A model generated the notes under the pieces. It was not told the DNA's origin, ran no database searches, and saw only the letters and a program-made list of their open reading frames with translations. Positions 47,640 to 57,488 of a stretch of 64,000 nt of DNA are shown in pieces. The DNA is taken from contig JAPLYT010000011.1 in the NCBI GenBank assembly GCA_026395435.1, positions 74,363 through 138,362 on the forward strand, written 5' to 3'. The stretch's first letter is position 1. Every line of letters begins with the position of its first letter. The DNA comes from Candidatus Saccharimonadota bacterium (GTDB lineage Bacteria; Patescibacteriota; Saccharimonadia; Saccharimonadales; AWTP1-31). The position numbers and the translations under genes were made by a program.

Positions 47640-50168
47640 TTAAACGCGCGTTACTTTCAGATCATGTTCTACTTTTGAAGTAACCGCATCAACGAATGCT
47701 GTAACTTCTTCTGTCTTTAGTGTACGCAAGTTGTGCGTTAGGGTAAGTCGAATACTGATATTTTTTGTAGTGGCAGATTCTTTTTGGAAAATATCAAGCG
47801 GCAACAATGCAACATCGTAGCCGTGATCACTAGATTCATGTGTGATAGCTTTATGTAATGATTGCTCAAGCGTAGCGTACAAAAGCGCTTCTGGGCACTG
47901 ATAGGTCATGTCTTGTGATATCGATGGATATTTCGACAATGGCTTGTACGATGATGGATTCGCCACACATTCTAGTAGTCCTTCGGTTCCGACTTCAAAT
48001 CCAGCACTATTGCGAGGCAATTTAAAGTTTCTTCGAACGAGAGCGGTGTATTCTCCGATAATGCCAATAAATGTACCATTAACTGATTCGGTGACCATTG
48101 CTGAACGACTGTAGTCAAACGGCTTCGTAACTTCATAGTTCGGATCTTTATCTATTGGTGTGTAGGTGAAGCTAACGCCTAGTTTTGAAGCGATATAATC
48201 AAGGTAAGCCTTGGCTTGATAGTAAGCTGCACCGGCGTTTTTACCGACAGATTTATCATTCGCTGCATACACGAGTGATGTCATTTGTAGCTCAAGTGGT
48301 AGTTCATCCTCATCTTTGCCGTGCAACTTGACATGTGTCTTATTGATTTCAAATAGTGCAAAGGCGTCATGACCAGCGCGAATATTAGGAGATACTTTCT
48401 GTAATAAGCTTGGAGTTAGCGTGAGACGATAATATTCTAGCTCAGGGCTCAGGGCGTTTGCCAGCTGATAAGCCTCAGATGTACTTTGACCTGTTTTCGT
48501 GAGTAATGAACCAGACACGAAGCTATAGGTAACGACTTCATTAGCGCCAGCAGATGAAAGAATCGATCGTAGCCGGCGCTTTATCTCCATGATGGCATTT
48601 TTAGGCGCGGGTTTTGTAGTTCTGGAAGGTAGATAGACGGGCAACTTATCGAAGCCATACAGTCTACCGACTTCTTCAACGATGTCTTCCCCGACCTCAA
48701 TGTCTCGCCTCCAGAATGGCGCTGCAATAGTTAAAGAATCGTTTTCTATTGTTACATCAAACTCGACGTTCAGTAGAAGTTGCTCGATATCTTTGACACT
48801 CAAATCTGAACCGAGACGTGCGTTGATAAACGACGCTTCGACGGTGAGCGGCTCCCAAGATTCCGTAGGTTCGTTCGCAAGCGAGTCGACAACTATGCCG
48901 GCGGTGCCGCCTGCAAACTCACACACTTCAGTGACCATTTTAGCGAGTACGCTCGGATTTTGACGATACGACTGACCTTTGTTGAATCGCGTCACTGCAT
49001 CAGTGAAAAGTCCATGACGCATGCTCGTTCGACGAATTGTGTACATGTCGAAGTTGGCGCATTCCACGATAATATTTTTAGTATCGGCATCGACTTCCGT
49101 CTCAGCACCACCCATGACACCTGCGAGTGCGATTGCTTGCGTATCGGTTGCAATAACAATGTCGTCTTTTGTAAGCGTGATAGTTTTACCATTCAGCAGG
49201 GCCAATTTTTCACCATCCTTTGCCATACGTGGAAATATAGAAACCTCACCACTGCATAGTTCTTTTACCTTATCGTAATCAAAGGCGTGGGTTGGCTGTG
49301 CAGTGAGATGCATGTAAAAGTTTGTGAGATCAACGAGGTTGTTGATGGGTCGGCTTCCGACGCGCATTAATGCTGCTTGTACGCCCGTACTGCTCTGATG
49401 AACGGTAACGTTTTCGACTACCTGAGCCATAAACCGTGCGACCTTATGTGGTATATCGTTTTTGGACGTTAATGCCAGCGTGGCTTTCGAGGTATCAGGT
49501 AGCTCAGGCTTGAGATACCACGCTGGACTTTCAAATTTCTGATTCATAATTCCGGCAAGTTCACGAGCAACACCAAGGATTCCAAAACAATCAGGGCGAT
49601 GGGTGAACATTTTATTTTCGCAGTCAATAATGACGTCATCGAGTGCATACAGACTTGCAAAAGGTGTGCCAGGCTTGGCATGTGATTCGCCAGCAATGTG
49701 TGCGTTAATCTCAAGGATTCCATCATGATCATCGCTGATTCCGAGCTCATGGGCGCTAGCCAACATGCCATTACTCACCACCCCACGAAGTTCACGAGCA
49801 CTGAGTACAAATGGATCCTTATCTATTGAGCTTGGTACGGTGCTCCCTGGGGGAAGCCATGCTACCAATATGCCTTCTCGAGCATTTGGCGCACCACAAA
49901 CAACTTGCACAAGGCCGTCTTTGTCTCTTTCTACGTCTGGAGTTACGCCACCATCATCGATCATGCAAACGCGTAGTTTATCGGCGTCTGGGTGTTGTAC
50001 GCACGAAACAATATGGGCTACGACAACGTTGTCAAAACGCGGCCCCCAGTAGGTCACTTCTTCGATGGCACCGAGCTGCGAGCCAATCTTCTGAAGCAGT
50101 TCATCGGTACTGATCGAAGACAAATCAACGTTGCTATACCGTTGCGCCCAATTAATGCTTACTTTCAT
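47640..50168 (-). CDS. pheT: Phenylalanine--tRNA ligase beta subunit
   Basis: 842 aa with an N-terminal tRNA-binding domain and B3/4, B5 and C-terminal FDX-ACB-like regions. Overlaps pheS by 4 nt. Confidence 0.92.
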   Translation of the reverse strand: MKVSINWAQRYSNVDLSSISTDELLQKIGSQLGAIEEVTYWGPRFDNVVVAHIVSCVQHPDADKLRVCMIDDGGVTPDVERDKDGLVQVVCGAPNAREGILVAWLPPGSTVPSSIDKDPFVLSARELRGVVSNGMLASAHELGISDDHDGILEINAHIAGESHAKPGTPFASLYALDDVIIDCENKMFTHRPDCFGILGVARELAGIMNQKFESPAWYLKPELPDTSKATLALTSKNDIPHKVARFMAQVVENVTVHQSSTGVQAALMRVGSRPINNLVDLTNFYMHLTAQPTHAFDYDKVKELCSGEVSIFPRMAKDGEKLALLNGKTITLTKDDIVIATDTQAIALAGVMGGAETEVDADTKNIIVECANFDMYTIRRTSMRHGLFTDAVTRFNKGQSYRQNPSVLAKMVTEVCEFAGGTAGIVVDSLANEPTESWEPLTVEASFINARLGSDLSVKDIEQLLLNVEFDVTIENDSLTIAAPFWRRDIEVGEDIVEEVGRLYGFDKLPVYLPSRTTKPAPKNAIMEIKRRLRSILSSAGANEVVTYSFVSGSLLTKTGQSTSEAYQLANALSPELEYYRLTLTPSLLQKVSPNIRAGHDAFALFEINKTHVKLHGKDEDELPLELQMTSLVYAANDKSVGKNAGAAYYQAKAYLDYIASKLGVSFTYTPIDKDPNYEVTKPFDYSRSAMVTESVNGTFIGIIGEYTALVRRNFKLPRNSAGFEVGTEGLLECVANPSSYKPLSKYPSISQDMTYQCPEALLYATLEQSLHKAITHESSDHGYDVALLPLDIFQKESATTKNISIRLTLTHNLRTLKTEEVTAFVDAVTSKVEHDLKVTRV

Positions 50169-51196
50169 GAGAATTGCCTCAAGAAGTCTAATTTGCCCGA
50201 TTCGAAGTGACGAATATCTTCAATGCTATTTTTCATCATCACAAGCCTTTCTATACCACAGCCCCAGGCAAAACCTGTGTAGACAGTAGGGTCGATCCCG
50301 GCAGCTTTGAGTACATTAGGATGTATCATGCCGCATCCGAGAAGTTCAAGCCATTGGTCTGCCTCAGTATCACCTTTTTTGAGACTGTCTGGTCGTTCTA
50401 TTGCAAACTCAAAACTTGGTTCAGTAAAAGGAAAATAGAACGGTTGAATTTTGGCTTTCAAGTCTTGTCCGAAGTATTCGCTCATAAATGTTTTTAGCGT
50501 CGCTATTAGGTTGCCAACCGTGATATTTTTGTCGACGTAGACACCCTCGAATTGATAGAAGGTGTGTTCATGGGTAACATCAAGATCCTCATTGCGAAAT
50601 ACGCGATCCGGTATGACCACAGCTATTGCCTCGCCAGCTTCGAGATTCTTTTTTCGTTCGCTTAATACGCGGTTTTGCATGGTACTGGTATGAGCCGGTG
50701 CAATGAGACCATCGGTAGTCATGAAGGTGTCATAGTCGTCGCGCGCAGGATGTCCTTCGGGGAAGTTAAGCGATTCGAACATGTGATAATCGTCATCAAT
50801 TTGACGTGATTCTACTGCCTCAAATCCCATTCGACCAAAGATATCTACAATGTATTGGAGTTCGGTCATAAGTGGGTGTATGCTCCCTTGGGTGACAGGT
50901 AGCAACATTTGTTTCTCGTCTTTTGAGGTATTGACATCGAATGGGGCGGTAACATCTATTGGGGGAAGTTGCTCCTGATTATCTTGCACTTTGTTTAGCC
51001 AGCTCATGATTTCAGTCTTGAGCGCATTAAGTTCTTTGCCGTAGGTTGCTTTTTGATCATTCGGAAGTGCACGAAGCGCTCCATATAATGATTCAAGGGT
51101 TTTGCTTCTGAGAATTTGTTTCTTTTCCGTTAGGCTCTCGAACTCTGCTGCAAGGGCACTGTGCGCTTTGATGATCTCCGGTTTTGTATAACTCAT
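50165..51196 (-). CDS. pheS: Phenylalanine--tRNA ligase alpha subunit
   Basis: Class II core strings (HPARDDYDTF, RVFRNE, GCGMIHPNVL, GFAWGCGIERL). Confidence 0.95.
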   Translation of the reverse strand: MSYTKPEIIKAHSALAAEFESLTEKKQILRSKTLESLYGALRALPNDQKATYGKELNALKTEIMSWLNKVQDNQEQLPPIDVTAPFDVNTSKDEKQMLLPVTQGSIHPLMTELQYIVDIFGRMGFEAVESRQIDDDYHMFESLNFPEGHPARDDYDTFMTTDGLIAPAHTSTMQNRVLSERKKNLEAGEAIAVVIPDRVFRNEDLDVTHEHTFYQFEGVYVDKNITVGNLIATLKTFMSEYFGQDLKAKIQPFYFPFTEPSFEFAIERPDSLKKGDTEADQWLELLGCGMIHPNVLKAAGIDPTVYTGFAWGCGIERLVMMKNSIEDIRHFESGKLDFLRQFS

Positions 51197-51293
51197 AATT
51201 ACAGTAATTATAGCAGTATTTTATGCCCTCAACGAAATCATATTATTAGGCATGTTCTAGAGTTCAATCTGTTAAATGTGTATACTGTTAGGT

Positions 51294-51791
51294 ATGGCAA
51301 ATTTTTCATTCGACATAGTATCCGATTACGACAAAGCAGAAATGACCAACGTGTTTGAACAAACCAAACGTGAGCTCGATTCACGGTATGATTTTAAGGG
51401 CACCAGTGCAAGTATCGATTGGGTCGATGCCGATAAAACTGGCTTTAAAATTATCGGCGACAGTCAATATCAACTTGATTCTATCATTGAGATCATCCGC
51501 AAAAAACTGGCAGCACGCGAGCAAAGCCAAAAACTTCTTGATGTCACCAAAGAGCCAGTGACAAGCAACCTCAAAATGACCTGGGAAGTACCATTCAAAA
51601 AAGGGCTCGACCAAGAAAAAGCCAAAAAGATAACGGCTAAAATACGCGAAGATTTACCTAAAGTTAAAACACAAATACAAGGCGAAGAAGTAAGAGTCAC
51701 CAGTAGTAGTAAAAATGATTTGCAAGACGCTATGGCCATTCTACGAGCCGAAGACTTCGACTTCCCACTCAGCTTTACAAATTTCCGATGA
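51294..51791 (+). CDS. yajQ: YajQ/UPF0234 family nucleotide-binding protein
   Basis: The N-terminus MANFSFDIVSDYDKAEM... matches the YajQ family pattern. The start is set at the ATG at 51294 rather than 51276. Confidence 0.8.
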   Translation: MANFSFDIVSDYDKAEMTNVFEQTKRELDSRYDFKGTSASIDWVDADKTGFKIIGDSQYQLDSIIEIIRKKLAAREQSQKLLDVTKEPVTSNLKMTWEVPFKKGLDQEKAKKITAKIREDLPKVKTQIQGEEVRVTSSSKNDLQDAMAILRAEDFDFPLSFTNFR

Positions 51792-51920
51792 AAATCTCAT
51801 TCTTTGCTCACAGCACAACAGCTAATAACGAGTTACCTGATTTTACCGGCTGATTCTTTAAATGTTAACCTAATTAATTGAGCATTACTTTGGCATGCAT
51901 AAGCGAGGTATACTGTACGT

Positions 51921-53237
51921 ATGAGTTCTAATTCTGATTTGTTTGATCAAGCACGACAAGTGCTGAAAAAGAATGATCAGAAGAATTTTACTATCCCTGC
52001 AGAAGGTCTGTACCCTCATCAGTGGCTATGGGACAGCTGTTTTATTGCTATTGGCCTGAGTCATGTAAACGTACCAAGAGCCAAGCGTGAAATTAAAAGC
52101 TTACTTCGTGGACAGTGGAGCAACGGCATGCTCCCGAATATGATTTTTGATGATGCGTTATGGCTGAACCAAGATCGTAATATCTGGCGAAGTCATCTTT
52201 CGATATATGCCCCAGACAAAGTGAGTACCAGTGGAATCACTCAGCCACCGATGCTCGCAGAATCAGTTGTGAGAGTAGGCAGAAAAATGACTAAGGGCGA
52301 ACGACGAACATGGTATAAATCAATGTTACCTGCCTTGATCGCCTATCACCAATGGTTGTATGAGGAACGCGATCCAAACCAGTCAGGGCTGGTGACGCTT
52401 ATTCACCCGTATGAGTCTGGGATGGACAGCACGCCGCCGTGGATCAATCAGTTACACAAGCATCATCGACCCTGGTGGGTGAAGCCATATAAAAGTCTTA
52501 AATTAGACAATATAGTCAACCGGATTCGCAGGGACACCAGACACCTACCTCCAGGCCAGCGTATGGACACGCTTGATGCAATGCTGTATTACGACGTAAT
52601 CCGATCACTGCGTAACAAGCATTATGATATCGGACGGATATTTAAGCACACTCAATTTACCATTCAAGATCTTGGGTTTAATAGTATTTTTATTCGTGCT
52701 AACCAACACTTGCTCGATATGGCAGAGTACTCTGGCTACGAGTTGCCCATTCAATTGACTGACAGAATAGAACAAAGTAAACACGCACTAGAGATGCTAT
52801 GGGATAACTATAGCGGCCAGTATTTATCAAAGAATTTTAAGACCAACAAATTGATACGAGAACCAACAATTGCCACGTTACTACCGCTCTATGCCGGCAC
52901 CGTAACCAAAGAACGGGCACAGACTCTGGTAAATCTCCTGTTAGATGATACAAAGTTCATGATGCCGCACCCAATACCGAGTGTTCCAAAAGATTCAAAA
53001 TATTTCGAGCCAGAACGGTACTGGCAAGGACCTTCATGGATTAACATTAACTGGCTCATTATTGATGGTCTCGAGCGTTATGGATATACGGACATTGCAT
53101 CAATCCTAAAGCAAAAATCACTTGATCTTGTTTCGACTCATGGGTGTTTCGAATACTTTTCTCCAATAGATGGGACACCAGCAGGAGCAGCTAATTTCAG
53201 CTGGACTGCAGCACTTACTATTGATTTTCTACAATAG
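51921..53237 (+). CDS. GH63-like (alpha/alpha)6-barrel glycoside hydrolase (MGH1/glucosylglycerate-hydrolase-like)
   Basis: YPHQWLWDSCFIAIG near the N-terminus and ERYWQGPSWININW near the C-terminus, as seen in GH63-related hydrolases. Confidence 0.7.
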   Translation: MSSNSDLFDQARQVLKKNDQKNFTIPAEGLYPHQWLWDSCFIAIGLSHVNVPRAKREIKSLLRGQWSNGMLPNMIFDDALWLNQDRNIWRSHLSIYAPDKVSTSGITQPPMLAESVVRVGRKMTKGERRTWYKSMLPALIAYHQWLYEERDPNQSGLVTLIHPYESGMDSTPPWINQLHKHHRPWWVKPYKSLKLDNIVNRIRRDTRHLPPGQRMDTLDAMLYYDVIRSLRNKHYDIGRIFKHTQFTIQDLGFNSIFIRANQHLLDMAEYSGYELPIQLTDRIEQSKHALEMLWDNYSGQYLSKNFKTNKLIREPTIATLLPLYAGTVTKERAQTLVNLLLDDTKFMMPHPIPSVPKDSKYFEPERYWQGPSWININWLIIDGLERYGYTDIASILKQKSLDLVSTHGCFEYFSPIDGTPAGAANFSWTAALTIDFLQ

Positions 53238-53267
53238 AATCCATGCCAATACCAATAATCAAAGTTG

Positions 53268-53672
53268 CTACAGATGCGACGCGCTAAAAAACTGAAGCGC
53301 CGCATGTTTCACATCACGGCCGAGATGATTCCAGTAAGCTTGTGAGTTTTTAATCGCTCTGTCTGGAAGTGCTTGAACATTGCCCTTAAGAACTCGTTCT
53401 GCCTCCTCTCGTGATACGGGGGATGTTTCTACCTGGTAATCAACCTCGGCACCACAATATAAATATAATGCCATCGCATATTTCCCAATTGCCTGTGATC
53501 CTTCTATGCGATATTCATGCAGTACCGTTGGATGGAGTTGTGGTATGTCATCTATCTCCAGGTTTGTAAGTTCTAGCAATGTTAATGCCACATGTACTTC
53601 GGCATTAACAAATTCCCTAAAGTTTGCGAATCCTGGGTCACTATTGGCATAATTTGTAATCCGTTCTTCCAT
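53268..53672 (-). CDS. Hypothetical 134-aa protein
   Basis: ORF in a gap between convergent and tandem genes. No motif I recognise. Confidence 0.45.
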   Translation of the reverse strand: MEERITNYANSDPGFANFREFVNAEVHVALTLLELTNLEIDDIPQLHPTVLHEYRIEGSQAIGKYAMALYLYCGAEVDYQVETSPVSREEAERVLKGNVQALPDRAIKNSQAYWNHLGRDVKHAALQFFSASHL

Positions 53673-53726
53673 AATAGACAGTATACCTACCTATAGGGAA
53701 TTTCTACATATTACGAAACGCATTGT

Positions 53727-54917
53727 CTATGAAACAAGAGTTTCAGGCAAAGTTTTATCAGCTAATTGTTGAACTTTGCCCAGCTTTCGCTCAATAGTTC
53801 GACTTTTTGTGGCTGCAGTATCTATCGTGTTTGTTGCTTGGACCAGTTTCTCTCTAGTTTTTTCAAGTAGATCACCAAATTTACCGAAATCGCCTTTTAT
53901 GCCGGTGAGTAACTCCCAAACTTGTCCCGTTTGTTCAGCAATCGCTAATGTTCTGAATCCAAGCTGATAACTACTAAGTATTGCCGCAATAGTTGTAGGA
54001 CCAGCTATGGTGACCCGGTATTCACTCTGAAGCATTTCGAACAGTCCCGGTTCTCTCAGAATCTCGGCGAACATGCCTTCTGTCGGCACGTAGAGCACGG
54101 CAAAGTCGGTTGTTTTCGGCGGATGGATATATTTGGCTTTGATTGATTTTGCTTCCAGTTTAACTCTGCTTACCATAGCTTTCTGTGCGCTGGCCATAAT
54201 CACGAGGTCACCTTTTTCTTGGGCAACGACGAGACGTTGGTAATCTTCCAACGGGAATTTAGCATCAATTGGAAGATATATATAGCCATCCCGTGAACTC
54301 TTATCTGGAAGCTTAATCGCAAAGTCTACAACGTCATTAGTGTCTTCATTGACACGAACCTGTTTAGAATAATGATCTTTGATAAATACTTGCTCTAACA
54401 AGTTTTCGAGCTGAACCTCTCCCCAAGTTCCTCGAGTCTTCACATTAGTGAGAACACGCTTGAAATCACTGACATCAGTAGCAAGTGTTTGCATCTCACC
54501 AAGACCTTTGTGTACCATTTCAAGTCGTTCGCTGACAACCTTGAAGCTTTCGCTCAGTCGCTTCTCAAGAGTGCTCTGCAGTTTCTCGTCTACCGTAGCG
54601 CGCATTTTTTCGAGTTTTTCGGCGTTGTCTTTTTGGAGAGATTCTAAACGGTTCTCAACAGTTTTACGGATTTGTTCTAGTTTCTCATCATTTTTATCAC
54701 GCAGTTGCTCGAGTCGTTTATCCAGCGCATTGCGTGATTCATTCATGCCAGCCGTAAGTTCTACCCGAAGGTCCTTATTGGACGCGCTGTTTTCTTTGCG
54801 GTTTCGCGCAAACTCATCACGCATCGGACCATCAAGATCAGTCCCATTTTTCTTTAAAATCATAAAGATAAGCAAGCCGCTGTTAATTACCCCAAGAATT
54901 ATTGCCACACCATTCAT
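53727..54917 (-). CDS. rmuC: DNA recombination protein RmuC
   Basis: N-terminal TM helix, a long coiled coil and the C-terminal RmuC nuclease-like region (FAVLYVPTEGMFAE, VTIAGPTT). Confidence 0.88.
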   Translation of the reverse strand: MNGVAIILGVINSGLLIFMILKKNGTDLDGPMRDEFARNRKENSASNKDLRVELTAGMNESRNALDKRLEQLRDKNDEKLEQIRKTVENRLESLQKDNAEKLEKMRATVDEKLQSTLEKRLSESFKVVSERLEMVHKGLGEMQTLATDVSDFKRVLTNVKTRGTWGEVQLENLLEQVFIKDHYSKQVRVNEDTNDVVDFAIKLPDKSSRDGYIYLPIDAKFPLEDYQRLVVAQEKGDLVIMASAQKAMVSRVKLEAKSIKAKYIHPPKTTDFAVLYVPTEGMFAEILREPGLFEMLQSEYRVTIAGPTTIAAILSSYQLGFRTLAIAEQTGQVWELLTGIKGDFGKFGDLLEKTREKLVQATNTIDTAATKSRTIERKLGKVQQLADKTLPETLVS

Positions 54918-54954
54918 AGGTCTATTGTACCGTTATTACGCACAATGGTCGAGC

Positions 54955-55746
54955 TTACACTGGAATAAAGTGGTGCGCCAGTAGGATTGCGCCGCCTACC
55001 AGCACAGCACCTAAAATGACTAAGGAAACCTCTACATCAATCAAGTGAGTCTTTTTATCGCGATGTTGGTTGATGCTCGGAATAATATCACTCGCAGCTA
55101 CGTATATGAAGAACCCTGCCGTTGAACCTATCAACCACGCTAAAATTTGTGAACTTGATCGAGCGCTTTGATAGAATATGACCGTTCCTATCGCAGTTAC
55201 GATAACAGCTGCACCATGAACGCCTATGATCTTTATTCGATCCATTCCACGCTGTAATAGATACCCAGAATCTGCAATTTCTCGAGGAATTTCATGAAGC
55301 GCTACGGCGACTGTAGTAATGACTCCAGCACTCGGACTAATTAAAAATGCGGCAGCTATGGCTGCACCATCTATGAAGTTGTGGAGTAGATTACCGATGA
55401 CAGCCAATGCTGTAACGGGTTCGGACGATCCAGTATGTGCCTTTTTTGATTCAAATGGCTCATGACTGTGGTGATGGAACCAGTGTAGCCAGCCTTCCAG
55501 TAGAAAGAAAAAAAGTATACCAACGAGAGCGGCGATAAGCACAGTCAGCGGCTCGTAGTGTTCAACACCATCATGCAAGAAATCTAAAAATGCGGCAGAC
55601 AGTAATGCCCCTGCAGCAAACGGTGTTGCATAATGGGTCAAGATCGCAATAGTTTTTTTGTGAGTTAAGAAAATTGTGCTTGCAAAAAATACTAAAAAAT
55701 CACCGGCTAACGATACGCAAAGAACTATCCAGATTGAAGTATGCAT
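54955..55746 (-). CDS. ZIP-family divalent metal transporter
   Basis: Polytopic protein with a His-rich cytoplasmic loop (WFHHHSHEPFESKKAHTG) and a HNFIDGAAIAAAF motif. Confidence 0.85.
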   Translation of the reverse strand: MHTSIWIVLCVSLAGDFLVFFASTIFLTHKKTIAILTHYATPFAAGALLSAAFLDFLHDGVEHYEPLTVLIAALVGILFFFLLEGWLHWFHHHSHEPFESKKAHTGSSEPVTALAVIGNLLHNFIDGAAIAAAFLISPSAGVITTVAVALHEIPREIADSGYLLQRGMDRIKIIGVHGAAVIVTAIGTVIFYQSARSSSQILAWLIGSTAGFFIYVAASDIIPSINQHRDKKTHLIDVEVSLVILGAVLVGGAILLAHHFIPV

Positions 55747-55941
55747 GATTATAGTAATTGTAGATGTTTAGCCTCATAAATACAAGGAGCCCCGGACGGA
55801 CCGGAGCTCATTGGAAGCCTCACACTTCCTACATACAGCTTATGCCTTCACGCACTAGAATGCAATAGAAATTCTGCCGAACATAGCAAGAAATGATATC
55901 ATATATTTAGTTATTCATAAGCACAAACTTAAGGAAAGTGT

Positions 55942-57486
55942 ATGCGACAAATCCAGAAACTAGGATCAATTTCTATTGATGCACCGCAGCGTAAATCATC
56001 CAATAGATTGCACTCGGCTAAATTAGGCAAACTGTTGCTGCAGCGTCCTGTTGTCATTGTGTCTGCGTTTGCTCTTATAGGTGTGACTGCGCTCGTATTG
56101 AGTCACGCATCGGTTCCCTCTTTTTCTATTGAAGCAGAAAATGGAACAGTGTCATCACCAGCAAATACTGTTTCAGACGCAAGCGCTTCAGGTGGAACTG
56201 CAGTGCGATTTGGAAGTGTACGAAGATTTTTTGCTGATGATGCCTCATGGAATAAGACTGTGTCTCAGATGGGGGGCGAATATACTGAACTTAAAAATAG
56301 CGCTATTCCAAATAATGATTTTGCAAAAAGACTTTGGGATTATGGCGGAGGAACAGTTAGCGGCTCTCCAGCCGGCAATTTCTTTTTAGACCTTAAAGAC
56401 TATTCAATACCGATATATGATGTAGCTACAGCGACCACAACTGCTCAGGTCTATCAGGTTAACTGGTCTCAGAATCAACAAAGTTTTTCACAATCAGGGA
56501 TTACTCAGGGAGACTCAATACCATGGAACCCTAATTGGAAACCCGGAACAGGCAACGATGCGCATATAGAAATAGTCAACTATAAAACGGGCAAGGTCTA
56601 TAGTCTTTGGGGAGTAGGTCAGCTACCAATAAACTGCGTCGATTTTTTTGGCCCCAATGGACTACATGGATTTGATATCACTAATCCAAATCACATCTGT
56701 ATTGCTTCCATAAACACCTATGACAATCTGTATACCGCAAGCGATGCGAATAATACTACTTCGCTTGACCGTGGTATGGGAATAAATAAACTGGCATTAG
56801 TTGTGCGAGCTGATGAAGTCTTATCTGGAGCTATTCGTCATGCATTACCACTAACGACTTCAAACCCAATGTTTGGTCCGGGTAGTGAAACTCCTGGAGT
56901 GAACCCTCAGCCTGTATATAACACATCCGGAGGATGTCAAACCTTAGTGTCAAAAGGGATTGCTCCCGCAGGAGCTGGAATGATAACCCAGAAATACAAT
57001 CCCCTTTCCGATCTATCAGCAGCAGGATACACCAAAGGATTTTATCTAAAACCCGCCACTCGGCTTGAACATGAATTTGGATATATTGGGGGAACGTTGA
57101 CCAATGGTTGTGTCACCGTTGCACCAACTACAGACATAGAGCGGTCGAAGACAAACCCGAGTGGCATGAGATTCGCACTTAATATTTCTTATGCAGATAT
57201 CGACGCTTGGATAGCCACCAAGAGCAGCTGGTCTGCCGAGAAAAAACGAACTGCTCGTATATTTGCTGTCGCCTGGAAAGATTATGGAGCCATCATTGCC
57301 GAGACTGGAGGCTGGGGTATTGGAATAGAATCTGATGGGATTATAGACCCAGTCAGTAAAGCAAAGTGGGCTTCGCTTGGTCTTCCGGACGACACAGCGA
57401 ACCTACCCCAACCTCAAAGTAGCAGTGACTTATTTGCTGGTCTATTGACGCGTGATAGACTCTACGTCGTCAAACCGCCACAATAA
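55942..57486 (+). CDS. Secreted/membrane-anchored 514-aa protein of unknown function
   Basis: N-terminal signal-anchor (VVIVSAFALIGVTALVL), then the short module SFSIEAENGTVSSPANTVSDASASGGTAVRFGS, then a ~430-aa domain with no motif I recognise. Confidence 0.55.
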   Translation: MRQIQKLGSISIDAPQRKSSNRLHSAKLGKLLLQRPVVIVSAFALIGVTALVLSHASVPSFSIEAENGTVSSPANTVSDASASGGTAVRFGSVRRFFADDASWNKTVSQMGGEYTELKNSAIPNNDFAKRLWDYGGGTVSGSPAGNFFLDLKDYSIPIYDVATATTTAQVYQVNWSQNQQSFSQSGITQGDSIPWNPNWKPGTGNDAHIEIVNYKTGKVYSLWGVGQLPINCVDFFGPNGLHGFDITNPNHICIASINTYDNLYTASDANNTTSLDRGMGINKLALVVRADEVLSGAIRHALPLTTSNPMFGPGSETPGVNPQPVYNTSGGCQTLVSKGIAPAGAGMITQKYNPLSDLSAAGYTKGFYLKPATRLEHEFGYIGGTLTNGCVTVAPTTDIERSKTNPSGMRFALNISYADIDAWIATKSSWSAEKKRTARIFAVAWKDYGAIIAETGGWGIGIESDGIIDPVSKAKWASLGLPDDTANLPQPQSSSDLFAGLLTRDRLYVVKPPQ

Positions 57487-57488
57487 AA

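Noticed and set aside
51197-51293. T-box leader upstream of pheS
   Set aside because: The spacer is only 97 nt and is shared with the divergent yajQ promoter. That is too short for a T-box, and I see no specifier-loop or T-box consensus (AATTAGGGTGGTACCGCG-like) string.
54448-54984. 178-aa plus-strand ORF
   Set aside because: It is entirely antisense to the well-supported rmuC gene, and its Ser/Arg/Leu-rich low-complexity translation is typical of a shadow ORF.
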